Positions 1 to 9,369 of a stretch of 64,000 nucleotides of DNA are shown here, piece by piece. Under the pieces are notes generated by a model that did not search any database, was not told where the DNA came from, and saw nothing but the letters and a program-made list of their open reading frames with translations. Origin of the DNA: Deltaproteobacteria bacterium (GTDB lineage Bacteria; Myxococcota; Kuafuiibacteriia; Kuafuiibacteriales; Kuafuiibacteriaceae); contig JAVJQW010000017.1 in the NCBI GenBank assembly GCA_040218735.1, forward strand, positions 415,416 through 479,415, written 5' to 3'. Positions within the stretch are counted from its first letter, which is position 1, and each line of letters starts with the position of its first letter. A program made the position numbers and the translations under genes.

Positions 1-2
1 GA

Positions 3-1073
3 GCGCCGGTCGAGCTCGACGCCACGCTCGCGTTCGCCGTGTCCGCCGAAGCCCCCTTCGAGCGCTCCAACCAGGGGTACCTGGAGCTGATGGGCGGCGC
101 GTCGCTCGAGCTCGGCGGACCGGTCCTCGCGTTCGCGGGCGCGGGGATCGGATTGAACGATGGGTTCGGCTCCCCGGACTGGCGCGTGCTGGGTGGTCTG
201 CGCCTCACGGGCGGCGACACGGATCGGGACGGCGACGGACGCCCCGACGACGACGACCTCTGCCCCGACGAACCCGAGGATCTCGACGGCGTCGACGACC
301 TCGACGGCTGCCCCGACGGCGACGAAGCCCCCGCCGCCGATCCCGACGCGGACGACGACGGTGTGTTCGACTGGGACGACGCGTGTCCGAAGACCCCGGG
401 TCCACGCGCGGCCGGCGGCTGCCCCGAACAGGATCAAGACGGCGACGGCATCGCGGACCACGCCGACCTCTGCCCGACGGACGCGGAGGACGCCGACCAG
501 TTCGAGGACGACGACGGCTGCCCCGACCCCGACGACGACGGCGACGGAACCCTCGACGCGCAGGACCGGTGCCCGCGGTCGTCGGGGCCGAGCACGAACG
601 AGGGCTGCCCCGAGCCAAAGAAGCCCATCGCCACGGCGCCTGCGACGCCGGAGGCTGCGACGCCGGAGCCTGCAACGCCGGAGGCTGCGAAGCCGGAGGC
701 CCCGAAGGTCCGCGTCGGCACGGACAAGCTGGAGATCAACGGCACCGTCTACTTCGACACCGGGAGCGCACGCATCCAGCCGCGCTCGTTCCCGCTGCTC
801 GACGAGGTCGCGCAGGTGATCGTCGCGCACCCCGAGCTGCGGCGCATCAGCGTCGAAGGCCACACCGACAGCCAGGGCGCGGACACCACCAACCTGACGC
901 TCTCCGACCGGCGCGCGGCCTCGGTGAAGGCGTACCTCGTCGAACGCGGGGTGGACGCGGCGCGGTTGTCCTCCGTCGGTTACGGCGAGACACGACCGGT
1001 GGCGGACAACGCGACCCGCGAGGGCCGCGCCGCCAACCGTCGCGTGGAGTTCGTCATCGATCCAAACCCGTAA
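3..1073 (+). CDS. OmpA-family outer membrane protein with thrombospondin type 3 (Ca-binding) repeats; 5' end lies outside the window
   Basis: Frame is open from base 3. Repeated DxDxDGxxDxxDxCP motifs, a Pro/Ala linker, and a C-terminal OmpA_C domain (VYFDTGSA, VEGHTDSQG, NLTLSDRRAASV, GYGETRP, NRRVEF). Confidence 0.92.
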   Translation, partial: APVELDATLAFAVSAEAPFERSNQGYLELMGGASLELGGPVLAFAGAGIGLNDGFGSPDWRVLGGLRLTGGDTDRDGDGRPDDDDLCPDEPEDLDGVDDLDGCPDGDEAPAADPDADDDGVFDWDDACPKTPGPRAAGGCPEQDQDGDGIADHADLCPTDAEDADQFEDDDGCPDPDDDGDGTLDAQDRCPRSSGPSTNEGCPEPKKPIATAPATPEAATPEPATPEAAKPEAPKVRVGTDKLEINGTVYFDTGSARIQPRSFPLLDEVAQVIVAHPELRRISVEGHTDSQGADTTNLTLSDRRAASVKAYLVERGVDAARLSSVGYGETRPVADNATREGRAANRRVEFVIDPNP

Positions 1074-2487
1074 CGAGGTCGGCGCCGATCGCGCGCCGCA
1101 ACAGCTCACGCGCGATCTCCACGTCGAGGCGCGCGTTGATCGCGGAGACCTGCGCCGCCGTGTACTTGAGCTCCGCGTCACGCAGCGTGATCAGCGTGGC
1201 CTTGCCATCCTTGTAGCGACCCCGCACCGACTCCACCGCGACCGTCGCGGGCCGCAACGAATCCAGCGCGAGCGCGTAGATCTGAAGCTGCAGCTCGAGG
1301 TTCTCGACGCGATCCTCGACCTCGCTCATCACCTGGCGCTCCACCTCCGCGTAGTCCGCACGCGCCTTGACGACGTTGAGCTCCGCCTCTTGGATGAGCT
1401 GCTCGTCGATGCCACCGCGGTAGAGGTTCCAGCGAACCGTGACGTCGAACCCCGCGTAGAAGTTTCTATTGAGTGGATCGGTGAATACACGATCGGCGCG
1501 CCGGCTGAACTTGCGGTAGCTGCCGCCGACCGTCAGCTCCGGGAACAGCTCCGCGCGACGGGTATCGACGAACTTCATCAGCTGGTCGACGTTCGCGCGC
1601 TGGATCTCGAGCGCAGCGCGGTGCCGCCGCGCGGCCTCCAACGCGTCGTCCAACGTCGGCACCGCGAGCTTGGGCGCGGAGGCCGACGAGGTCGACACGT
1701 GGGCCGGCAGAACGATCGCAACATCGGTACGCGCGGGCCGCGCGAGCGCGAGGTTCAGAGCCCGGCGACTGCGGGACGCCGAGAACCGCGCGCGCGCAAA
1801 CGCGAGCCGGTCCTCCGCGAGGTTACGTTCCGCGGACGCGACGTCGAACGCACGCGCCTCGCCCTTCTCCATCAGCGCCCGCGCGCTATCGAGCTGCTTC
1901 TCACCGAGACGCATCCGGAGCTCGAAGCGCTCCTGGCTCTGTAGCGCGCGCTCGAGCCCGTAGAACGCCTGCACCACGCGCAGCCGAACGTTGTTGAGCA
2001 CCTCCTGCAGCGTCGCGCGACGGAGGCGCTGCAGATCCTCGAAGCGCCCGATCTCCGTCCACCACCGCCCGCCGTCGTAGATCGTCTGCCGCACCGTGAT
2101 CCCCGCGCTGAAGTTCGCGAGGAACAGGTCGTTGAGGATGAACTGATCCCGCACCTCGTCGACCGCCGCGTTCTGGTCGAAGCCCTCCCGCGGCGGGAAG
2201 TACGGGACGTCGTCACACGCCTCGGCCCGCAGCGAGCTCTCGCAGTTCAGGTAGAGGGGCGCCTCGACGACGATCGAGTCCTGGTGCGTGCCCGCCCCGC
2301 GCAGCGAGAGATCCACGCGCGGGAGCACCGCACCGATCGCCCTCAGGCGCTGCGCGTCGACGATCAGGACGTCGTTCTGCGCGCGCACCGCGTCGCGCGC
2401 TTGGACCTGCGCGATCTCGATCGCTTCGTCGAGCGTCAGCGGACCGGACGCCGCCACCAACGCCATCGCGAGCGCCCCGAAGCTCAC
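1054..2487 (-). CDS. TolC-family outer membrane efflux protein
   Basis: Signal peptide, LTLDEAIEIA start, two OEP-like halves (VLPRVDL, LFPELTV, VRWNLYRGG), C-terminal LRRAIG. Confidence 0.85.
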   Translation of the reverse strand: MSFGALAMALVAASGPLTLDEAIEIAQVQARDAVRAQNDVLIVDAQRLRAIGAVLPRVDLSLRGAGTHQDSIVVEAPLYLNCESSLRAEACDDVPYFPPREGFDQNAAVDEVRDQFILNDLFLANFSAGITVRQTIYDGGRWWTEIGRFEDLQRLRRATLQEVLNNVRLRVVQAFYGLERALQSQERFELRMRLGEKQLDSARALMEKGEARAFDVASAERNLAEDRLAFARARFSASRSRRALNLALARPARTDVAIVLPAHVSTSSASAPKLAVPTLDDALEAARRHRAALEIQRANVDQLMKFVDTRRAELFPELTVGGSYRKFSRRADRVFTDPLNRNFYAGFDVTVRWNLYRGGIDEQLIQEAELNVVKARADYAEVERQVMSEVEDRVENLELQLQIYALALDSLRPATVAVESVRGRYKDGKATLITLRDAELKYTAAQVSAINARLDVEIARELLRRAIGADLVTGLDR

Positions 2488-2541
2488 GCGGCCCCTTCTA
2501 CCACCCTCGCCCCGGGGCGCGCGTCATTGCATGATCGCGGG

Positions 2542-3279
2542 GTGCGTGAACCCGGACGGACGGAGCGGGCGCTCGACGACCTGTGGCGCCCGTACCAAAG
2601 CGGCTGGCGCAGGCTGCTGTCCAAACACATGTTCGAGGAGCTCGCGCTCCGCGCGGACTTCGACACGGAGCTCCTCGTAGAGTCCAAGGTCGCGAACCAC
2701 GTCGCCGCCGGGCTCGTCCCCGACTGCCCGCGCTGCGAGAACACGTGCTGCGCCGGGTATGAGAACGTCGTATCGCTGCGCCTCAAGGACGTCGCCGTAC
2801 TCATGGACGTCGAGCGCACCGATCTCATCAACAAGAACAAACCTCGGTTTCCTCCACAAACCCTCGCGGAGCGCCCGGGCCTCGCCGACCTGACGAAGTC
2901 CGTCCTGTGGCGCACCCTCCCCGTGCTCGAACAGGTCGGCCCCCTGAGGCGGTGCGCCGCCCTCGACGACGACCTGCGGTGTTCGATCCACCCCGCGTGG
3001 CCGACGTCGTGCGAGCGCTTCCCATACAGCCTGTCGGCTGTACGTCGCGAGGTCGTGTGGGGCACGCGCTGCCAGTCACGCATCCTCCGCCCCGAACACC
3101 GCGCACGGAGCCGACAGCTCTTCGCGTCGGCGGTCGCCGCCTACAACGAACGCATCCGCGACGCCGTCCTCCTGCACTACCAACGCCCTGCCCTCGACGC
3201 GCTCGGGATCGGCGCGTTCCTCTCCGACCCCGACGGCGACCCGTTCGAGCCGCCGCCGAAGCTACCGGTCGTCTCCTGA
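2542..3279 (+). CDS. YkgJ-like cysteine-cluster (putative Zn/Fe-S binding) protein
   Basis: CPRCENTCC and CAAL...CSIHPAWPTSCERFPY motifs. Start chosen at GTG 2542 (alternative ATG 2629) because the 2284 start overlaps the TolC gene. Confidence 0.75.
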   Translation: MREPGRTERALDDLWRPYQSGWRRLLSKHMFEELALRADFDTELLVESKVANHVAAGLVPDCPRCENTCCAGYENVVSLRLKDVAVLMDVERTDLINKNKPRFPPQTLAERPGLADLTKSVLWRTLPVLEQVGPLRRCAALDDDLRCSIHPAWPTSCERFPYSLSAVRREVVWGTRCQSRILRPEHRARSRQLFASAVAAYNERIRDAVLLHYQRPALDALGIGAFLSDPDGDPFEPPPKLPVVS

Positions 3280-3280
3280 G

Positions 3281-4786
3281 TCACCAGTCCGGACGCTCGG
3301 TGCTGTCCGGGTCCACGCGCTTCTTCTTCGTCGGCGGCGGAGGCGGACGTTTCTTCGTCCGGGCGGACCTCACCTTCTCCTCGGTCATGACCACCGTGAC
3401 CGTCGCGTTCGCGGTGAGCGCGACCGACTGCACGGCGTCCTCGTAACCCTCCGCCTGGAACTTGAGCGTGACGGGCTCCTCGGATCGCGGGACGGCGGTC
3501 GGGCCCGGCGCCGTCCCGATCAGCTCGTCGTCCAGGAACACGCGCGCGCCCGCCGGGGCCCCGTCGAACCACAGCATCACCGACTTCGGGGCCTCGGGCT
3601 CCGTGTCGATCGGCGGGGTCTCCAGGACCGGCGGCGGCGCCGGTGGCGGCAGCTCCGCCGTCGCACGCGGCTTGGAGTCGAGGACGAACGGTAACGTCAC
3701 GACGACCAGCATCGCGAGACCGACGACGATCGCGATCAACCGCGCACGCCCCGGCGCCGTGGGTGCGATGGCCTCGGCGGAGACGGCCGAAGGGATCGTC
3801 TCGGCGAACGCCGGCTGCATCGACGGCGGCGTCACCGAGCCGCTCGACAGCGCGACCGGCCCGCTCACCTCACCCGACTGATGCGTGGGGACATCGTACC
3901 CGGCCTCGCGCGCGGCCTCCTCGAACTGCGCCATCGCGGCGGCGAGCGACGGCGGGCGCTCGTCCGGCGCCTTCGCGAGCATCGCGAGGACGGGCGCGTC
4001 GAGCGCGACGTCGAGGTCCGGCGCGACCTCGGAGGGCTTCGGCGCCGGCGCGGTCATGTGTTTCATCAACAGCTCGACGACGCTCGCCCCCTTGAACGGA
4101 AGGTGGCCCGTCATCAGCTGGAAGAGCATCACGCCGAACGAGTACACGTCCGTGCGGTGGTCGACGTTCGGCCCCTGGCACTGCTCGGGCGACATGTAAT
4201 CCGGCGTCCCGACCGCCGCGCCGGTCGCCGTGGAGTGCTGCTTCGGGAGGTCGTCGGTGAGGAGCTTCGCGATGCCGAAGTCGAGGAGCTTGGGGAACGC
4301 GCGCCCCTCTTCGTCGTGCCCGAGGAAGACGTTGGCCGGCTTGAGATCGCGGTGTGCGATCCCCGACGCGTGCGCAGCGTCGAGCGCGCGCCCGAGCCCC
4401 CGCATGATCGGGATGAGGTCCGTGATTCCGACGCGCCCCCCCTGCCGGCGCACGTAGACGTCGAGGGTCTCACCCTCGAGTAGCTCCATCACGTGGTAGT
4501 GGCGGCCGTCCTCGATCTGTCCGAACGAGAAGATGTCGATGATGTTCTTGTGGCGGATCTGATTCACCGCCCGCGCCTCGGCGATGAATCGCGATACGAC
4601 GCTCGGGTCCGCCGAGTACTTACGCGACAGGACCTTCACCGCGACCTGTTTCCCGATCAGCGGTTGGATGGCGCCGTAGACCGCGCCGAACGTCCCGGCC
4701 CCGAGCTTTCGCTCGATGACGTACTCCCCGACTTTCGTCCCGACACTTAGGTCGGGGTCGGTGGTGGTGAGCTCGTCCGTGCTCAT
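3281..4786 (-). CDS. Membrane-anchored Ser/Thr protein kinase with C-terminal PEGA-like domain
   Basis: LGAGTFGAVY, VAVK, HRDLKPAN, DFG, GTPDYMSPEQ, one TM helix (LIAIVVGLAMLVVVTLPFVL). Start trimmed to ATG 4786 since the longer ORF overlaps the divergent gene. Confidence 0.93.
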   Translation of the reverse strand: MSTDELTTTDPDLSVGTKVGEYVIERKLGAGTFGAVYGAIQPLIGKQVAVKVLSRKYSADPSVVSRFIAEARAVNQIRHKNIIDIFSFGQIEDGRHYHVMELLEGETLDVYVRRQGGRVGITDLIPIMRGLGRALDAAHASGIAHRDLKPANVFLGHDEEGRAFPKLLDFGIAKLLTDDLPKQHSTATGAAVGTPDYMSPEQCQGPNVDHRTDVYSFGVMLFQLMTGHLPFKGASVVELLMKHMTAPAPKPSEVAPDLDVALDAPVLAMLAKAPDERPPSLAAAMAQFEEAAREAGYDVPTHQSGEVSGPVALSSGSVTPPSMQPAFAETIPSAVSAEAIAPTAPGRARLIAIVVGLAMLVVVTLPFVLDSKPRATAELPPPAPPPVLETPPIDTEPEAPKSVMLWFDGAPAGARVFLDDELIGTAPGPTAVPRSEEPVTLKFQAEGYEDAVQSVALTANATVTVVMTEEKVRSARTKKRPPPPPTKKKRVDPDSTERPDW

Positions 4787-4852
4787 GGGTGGCTCGTTCT
4801 GCTTTAGCACGCCTTGACGTGATCCGTACCGCCCAGCACGCTGGTCTGTGCC

Positions 4853-6166
4853 ATGCGTCGGGGGATAGTGAGCGCGATCGCAGTCGGCCTCCTCGGCGGC
4901 TGCGTGGCGGAGACCGTCCCCCTCGGCGCCCTCGATCGCGTCGAGATCGAACCCACCCGCATCGACTTCGACGCGCCGGGCGTCCCGTGCGGCGCGTATA
5001 CCCAGCCGATCACGATCACCAACGCGACGCGCGCGACCCTGTCGATCGACCGGGTCTACGTGGAAGGCGGCGCCGCCTCCGAGTTCACGGTCGAGGCTGG
5101 GTTCGAACCCACCGAGGTCCCGCCGGGGGCGTCCATCTCCTTTTTGATCTCCTTCGACGCACCCGAGGACGGCATCTACGCCGACCGCGTCTTCATCGAG
5201 GGTGAGCTGGCGATGATGAACTTCCGCCGCATCATCCCGGTGCGGGGGTTGATCAGCTCCGACAACCGGCACGAGGACGACTACGTCCAGTCGACGACCG
5301 GCGACGCCGACATCCTCTTCGTCATCGACAACTCCTGCTCGATGGCGCCCGAGCAGGCGGCGATCGGGCGTGGGTTCTCGTCGTTCATCCAGATCGCGAA
5401 CAGCGGCCTGCTCGCCTACAACATCGCGATCACCACCACGGACGTCAGCACCGGCGACGGCTCAACCGAGGGGCGCTTCGTCCCGCTCGATCCCAGGCGG
5501 CGCAACGAACGCATCGTCTCCCGAATGACCCTCCCGACGCCGTTGGATCAGTTCGAGGAGAACGCGGAGGTCGGTGTGAAAGGCTCGGGCGAGGAGCGGG
5601 GAATCCACGCCGCGTACCTCGCGCTGCGACCCCGGCTCCTCGAGGACCACAACGCGAACTTCCTCCGCGACCACGCGCTGCTATCGCTGATCTTCATCTC
5701 GGACGAGGAGGACCAGTCGCCGGAGTCGCTGGAGTTCTACGCGGATCACTTCGCGTCGTTGAAGGGAGGCGATCGTTCGCGTGTGAAGATCGCCGGTGCG
5801 ATCGGTGGCGTCGCCGGGTGCAACGGGCCGACGGGTCAGGCCTCACCCGCCACGCGATACGCGGAGCTGATCGACACCTTCGGCGGTGTCGTGGAGTCGA
5901 TCTGCACCTCGAATTGGCCCGACACCCTCGGCAAGCTCTCGGCGGTGGCGTTCGGTCTGCGCGCGAGCTTCAGGCTTTCGGCGCGCGCCGACCCCGGGAC
6001 CGTCGAGGTCACGGTGGACGGGGTTCCGGTGCCGCCGAGGAACGCGCTGCAGCGCACGAACTGGCGGTACGTGTCGCGCTCGAACGCCGTCGAGTTCGAG
6101 CCGCGCGCGATCCCCGAGCCGGGGGCCGCGATTCACATCGCGTACGGGACGCTCTGCATCGACTGA
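4853..6166 (+). CDS. Lipoprotein with Ig-like (ASH/choice-of-anchor D-like) domain and von Willebrand A domain
   Basis: Lipobox LLGGC, N-terminal beta-rich domain (RIDF...ITITN), MIDAS-type DILFVIDNSCSM and IFISDEEDQS. Confidence 0.8.
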   Translation: MRRGIVSAIAVGLLGGCVAETVPLGALDRVEIEPTRIDFDAPGVPCGAYTQPITITNATRATLSIDRVYVEGGAASEFTVEAGFEPTEVPPGASISFLISFDAPEDGIYADRVFIEGELAMMNFRRIIPVRGLISSDNRHEDDYVQSTTGDADILFVIDNSCSMAPEQAAIGRGFSSFIQIANSGLLAYNIAITTTDVSTGDGSTEGRFVPLDPRRRNERIVSRMTLPTPLDQFEENAEVGVKGSGEERGIHAAYLALRPRLLEDHNANFLRDHALLSLIFISDEEDQSPESLEFYADHFASLKGGDRSRVKIAGAIGGVAGCNGPTGQASPATRYAELIDTFGGVVESICTSNWPDTLGKLSAVAFGLRASFRLSARADPGTVEVTVDGVPVPPRNALQRTNWRYVSRSNAVEFEPRAIPEPGAAIHIAYGTLCID

Positions 6167-6660
6167 GGGCGCGGGTAGCGCACGGTGGCGATCGCGACGT
6201 TCCCCGCCGCGTTCGTCTCGAACGAGCTCGCGAGGCCGCGGACGAGCTCGAGTCCTCGACCGAACGCGTCCTCGGACGAGGTCGGAGCGAGCTTCGCGGC
6301 GTCGTAGCCGGGGCCGGAGTCCGCGACCGCGACCGTGATCTCCCACTCCGCGTCGAACGCGCGGAGCTCGACGGTGACCTTCACCCGTCCCTTGCGTCGA
6401 GTGATCGCGGCGCTTCGAATCCCGGTGAAGGTCTCGAACTGCGCGGCGCTCCGAAGCTCGGAGTCGAGTCCGAGGACGCCGTGGTCGAGCGCGTTGATGA
6501 ACAGCTCGGACACGATCGTCGCGATGACGAAGTGTTCGTCGCGGACGTCGGGCCAGCGCCCGACGATCCCCGCGAACAACGGCGCGGGCTGCGCGTGCTC
6601 GAACTCGTGCTCACGAAACGTCAGCGCGACGCGACGTGACGGCTCGACGGGGGCCTCCAT
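6133..6660 (-). CDS. Anti-sigma factor / serine kinase, stand-alone HATPase_c domain (RsbW-like; resembles the HsbR C-terminal domain)
   Basis: N-box SELFINALDHG, G1 DSGPGYD, G2 GRGLELV. ATG at 6660 lies 4 nt after the STAS stop codon. Confidence 0.82.
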   Translation of the reverse strand: MEAPVEPSRRVALTFREHEFEHAQPAPLFAGIVGRWPDVRDEHFVIATIVSELFINALDHGVLGLDSELRSAAQFETFTGIRSAAITRRKGRVKVTVELRAFDAEWEITVAVADSGPGYDAAKLAPTSSEDAFGRGLELVRGLASSFETNAAGNVAIATVRYPRPQSMQSVPYAM

Positions 6661-6664
6661 TCGC

Positions 6665-6955
6665 TCAATCGAAGTCGAAGATCGCCTCGAAGCCGGCGAT
6701 GTCGAACACCCGCTTCGCGTAGCCGGTGCAGTTCGAGATCTGCACGCGCTCCACGTGGTCGCGCAGGACCAGCAGCATCCCGAGCGCCGAGCTGTCGACG
6801 TACGAGGTCGTCTCGAGGTCGACGACGCAGCGCTCCACGCCTTCGAGCTTCTTGAGCGCGAGGCGGAAGTCTCCGCTGACGCTGTAGTCGAACGCACCGT
6901 GAATGGTGATGCGCGCGGGCGAGTCTTCTTGGGCAGCAACGACTTGAATCGGCAT
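6665..6955 (-). CDS. STAS-domain anti-sigma factor antagonist (HsbA/RsbV-like)
   Basis: GAFDY...VVDLETTSYVDSSALGMLLVLRDH with the phospho-acceptor Ser; about 96 aa. Confidence 0.9.
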   Translation of the reverse strand: MPIQVVAAQEDSPARITIHGAFDYSVSGDFRLALKKLEGVERCVVDLETTSYVDSSALGMLLVLRDHVERVQISNCTGYAKRVFDIAGFEAIFDFD

Positions 6956-7018
6956 GTTGGAATGGGCTCCAGCAGACACGATCGGCGGACGGGCCCGATG
7001 TTTGAGCGGGGAGAGTAT

Positions 7019-7816
7019 TCAGAAGCGAAACGCGGCCCCCATGCGCCACAAGAAACCGTCGAGACGGAGTGATCCGGCGTCGATCGTGCTCGTGGCGATC
7101 CGCGCTGGATCACTGTCGCTGGGGAGGTCGCGCTGCATCTCGTCGAAGCGAAACGCGGACGCCAGCGCGTATCCCACCTCGAAGTGAAAGCTGAGCCACT
7201 GGTCCGCGCGCTCCAGGCTGCCCGACTGCGTGTAGCCGACCGGAACGAGGAGCTCGGCGCCGAGCGCACCGGCCGCGGAGTACGCGACGGCGACGTCGTC
7301 GATCTCGAAGTCGCCGAGCCGCTCCGACACCGCGAGGTGCCCGATGTCCAGGCCTCCCGTCGCACGCGCGTAGGCGCCGAAGTAGCTCCACACCGGACGA
7401 CGGTAGACCGCGGACACCTGCAGGCTCGTCACGGCGAGCTTGGCGTCGGCGGTCTCGAGGATGCGTCGGGTCTGCAGCCCCGTGGAGAGCCCCGCCTCGA
7501 ACGACACCCCCTGCACGGGGGACCACGGCGCATACTCCGCGCCGGCTTCGAAGCGCACCAACGCGCCGAGCCCCGAGACCGTCGCGAAGCCCGACTCCGC
7601 GCGAGGGATCTGCGAGCTGGCGCGCGTGTAGACACCCCACGCGGCGCCCGCGTCCTCGACCCGACGATCGAAGGACAACGTCGGGCTCGGGGACGCGGGC
7701 GCCTCACGCACGCCAGCCGTAGGGAGAGCGGGCGACGACTCGACGGACGTCGAAGACGTCGAGACCGTGCCCGCCGTGGAGGTCACGACCAGGAGGCCGA
7801 AGATCATCGAGCTCAT
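7019..7816 (-). CDS. Putative outer-membrane beta-barrel protein
   Basis: Signal peptide, alternating amphipathic strands, terminal MGAAFRF (BAM-type aromatic end). Start overlaps the upstream stop. Confidence 0.65.
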   Translation of the reverse strand: MSSMIFGLLVVTSTAGTVSTSSTSVESSPALPTAGVREAPASPSPTLSFDRRVEDAGAAWGVYTRASSQIPRAESGFATVSGLGALVRFEAGAEYAPWSPVQGVSFEAGLSTGLQTRRILETADAKLAVTSLQVSAVYRRPVWSYFGAYARATGGLDIGHLAVSERLGDFEIDDVAVAYSAAGALGAELLVPVGYTQSGSLERADQWLSFHFEVGYALASAFRFDEMQRDLPSDSDPARIATSTIDAGSLRLDGFLWRMGAAFRF

Positions 7817-9369
7817 CGCGCACCTCCCGTGCGGTCGAGGAGGCCAGACAGGAGGACACCGTCGACGCGGCGCGCCGCGCCCCGTTCGATCGACGCGCGC
7901 GGTACGAACGTGACGTCGCCGAACGCGCCCGGGTGGACGGCGTAGAGGTGGTCGCCGAGGACGCCGACGACCACGATCGGATCGTCGAGGACGACCGATT
8001 CGATGGCGAGCGTCTCGGCGTCCACGACGGCCAGCGCTCCGGTGGTGTCGTTCGGCTCGCCGTACGGTCGCGCCGGGAGCGGCGCGGCGCCGCTGTCTTC
8101 GCGGAGGATGTCGACGCCGACGACGACGCGCTCGTCCGCCGACGAGAACGCGTAGTCACGAACGTTGCCGCCCAGGACGAGCGGGCGGAGGGCGACGGAG
8201 AGGCGGACGTCTTCGCGGCGGAGCGCGAGCGCGGTGAGTGCGGTGGCGCTGCCGCCTTCGGCGGCGTGGACGAAGAAGGCGGTACCCGCACCGACGGCGG
8301 CGGGTCCCATCGTGGGGCCGGCGAGCGCGTCCTGTTCGACGAGGTCGTCTTCGAGATCCCACCCGCCGACGAACGCGTTCCCGCTGCTGCCGATGCGGTC
8401 GGGGCTCCCGTGCAGGAGCACGGTTCGGTTCTCGAGCAGCGCGATGCGCGTGGCCTGGCCGGCGAGCTCGACGGTTCGCGTCTCGGAGACATCGCCGTCC
8501 GCGGCGAGCCGGGCGGCGATCGTGCGGCCCTCGGGCGCGCGGAACGCGGCGAGCACGTAGGCGGGGTCGTCGGCGACGGCGAGATCGAGGAGGCGCTCGG
8601 CGCCGGGGACCGCGAGGAAGTTGAGCACACCGGAGGTGGTGCTGCCCTCGCCGAGGAGCTCGAGCGCGACGACGTCGGCCGTGCCCGAGGTGCGGAGGAA
8701 CAGGTAGTTCGCGTCCGCGTTGAACACGACCTGCTCGGGCGCGAGGCGATCGCCGTTCGGGAGCTTCAGCGGCACACGCACGATGCCGTCGGCCGCGAGA
8801 TCGACGACGACCACGTCGGCGTCGAGGACGATCGCGGCGCGGGACTCGTCGGCGGAGAAGACGACGTCGCGCGGAGCCGTCGACTCGGTGTCGAGCGCGA
8901 CCCGGCGCGCGCTTTGGGAGTCGAGATCGACGATGGCGATCTCGTTGTTGTTGATCGCCACGACGGGCGAGCTGCGAGCGAAGCGCGCGTCGTGAATCGC
9001 GACGAGGTAGCGGCCGGACGCAGAGAGGAACGCGCGGTCGAAGGTCGACGACAACGGGACGACGTCGACCTCACCTCCCGGGATCGCGACCCGAACCGCG
9101 GCGGGTTCGTCACCGCCCGCGAGCAGCGTGACGTGCTCGGGGCCGAAGACCGCCGAACGCACGTCGTCGCGGTCGATCTCCGTCGACTCGACAACGGTGT
9201 CACTCGCGACCCAGGCGACGCGGGCGGTGGTCTGGTCGACCCACACGAGGTGATCGGCGACGACCCGAGGGCCGACGACGACGAGCGCCTCGGTGAGCGC
9301 TTCGTCCTCGCCGCTGCACGCGGCAAAGACGAGGGTGCAGAGCACTGCGATGGACACGGGACGGGGCAT
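7813..9369 (-). CDS. Lipoprotein, predicted beta-propeller
   Basis: Lipobox VFAAC after ATG 9369; repeated blade motifs (FLSASGRY, FSADESRA, FNADANY, VVDL). TGATG coupling to the upstream gene. Confidence 0.72.
   Translation of the reverse strand: MPRPVSIAVLCTLVFAACSGEDEALTEALVVVGPRVVADHLVWVDQTTARVAWVASDTVVESTEIDRDDVRSAVFGPEHVTLLAGGDEPAAVRVAIPGGEVDVVPLSSTFDRAFLSASGRYLVAIHDARFARSSPVVAINNNEIAIVDLDSQSARRVALDTESTAPRDVVFSADESRAAIVLDADVVVVDLAADGIVRVPLKLPNGDRLAPEQVVFNADANYLFLRTSGTADVVALELLGEGSTTSGVLNFLAVPGAERLLDLAVADDPAYVLAAFRAPEGRTIAARLAADGDVSETRTVELAGQATRIALLENRTVLLHGSPDRIGSSGNAFVGGWDLEDDLVEQDALAGPTMGPAAVGAGTAFFVHAAEGGSATALTALALRREDVRLSVALRPLVLGGNVRDYAFSSADERVVVGVDILREDSGAAPLPARPYGEPNDTTGALAVVDAETLAIESVVLDDPIVVVGVLGDHLYAVHPGAFGDVTFVPRASIERGAARRVDGVLLSGLLDRTGGAR

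Noticed and set aside
638-705. 15-bp repeats encoding ATPEA/ATPEP
   Set aside because: Ordinary Pro/Ala linker of the OmpA protein.
1054-2487. TolC as the exporter of the cluster product
   Set aside because: About 23 kb from the cluster with unrelated genes between; no evidence of linkage.
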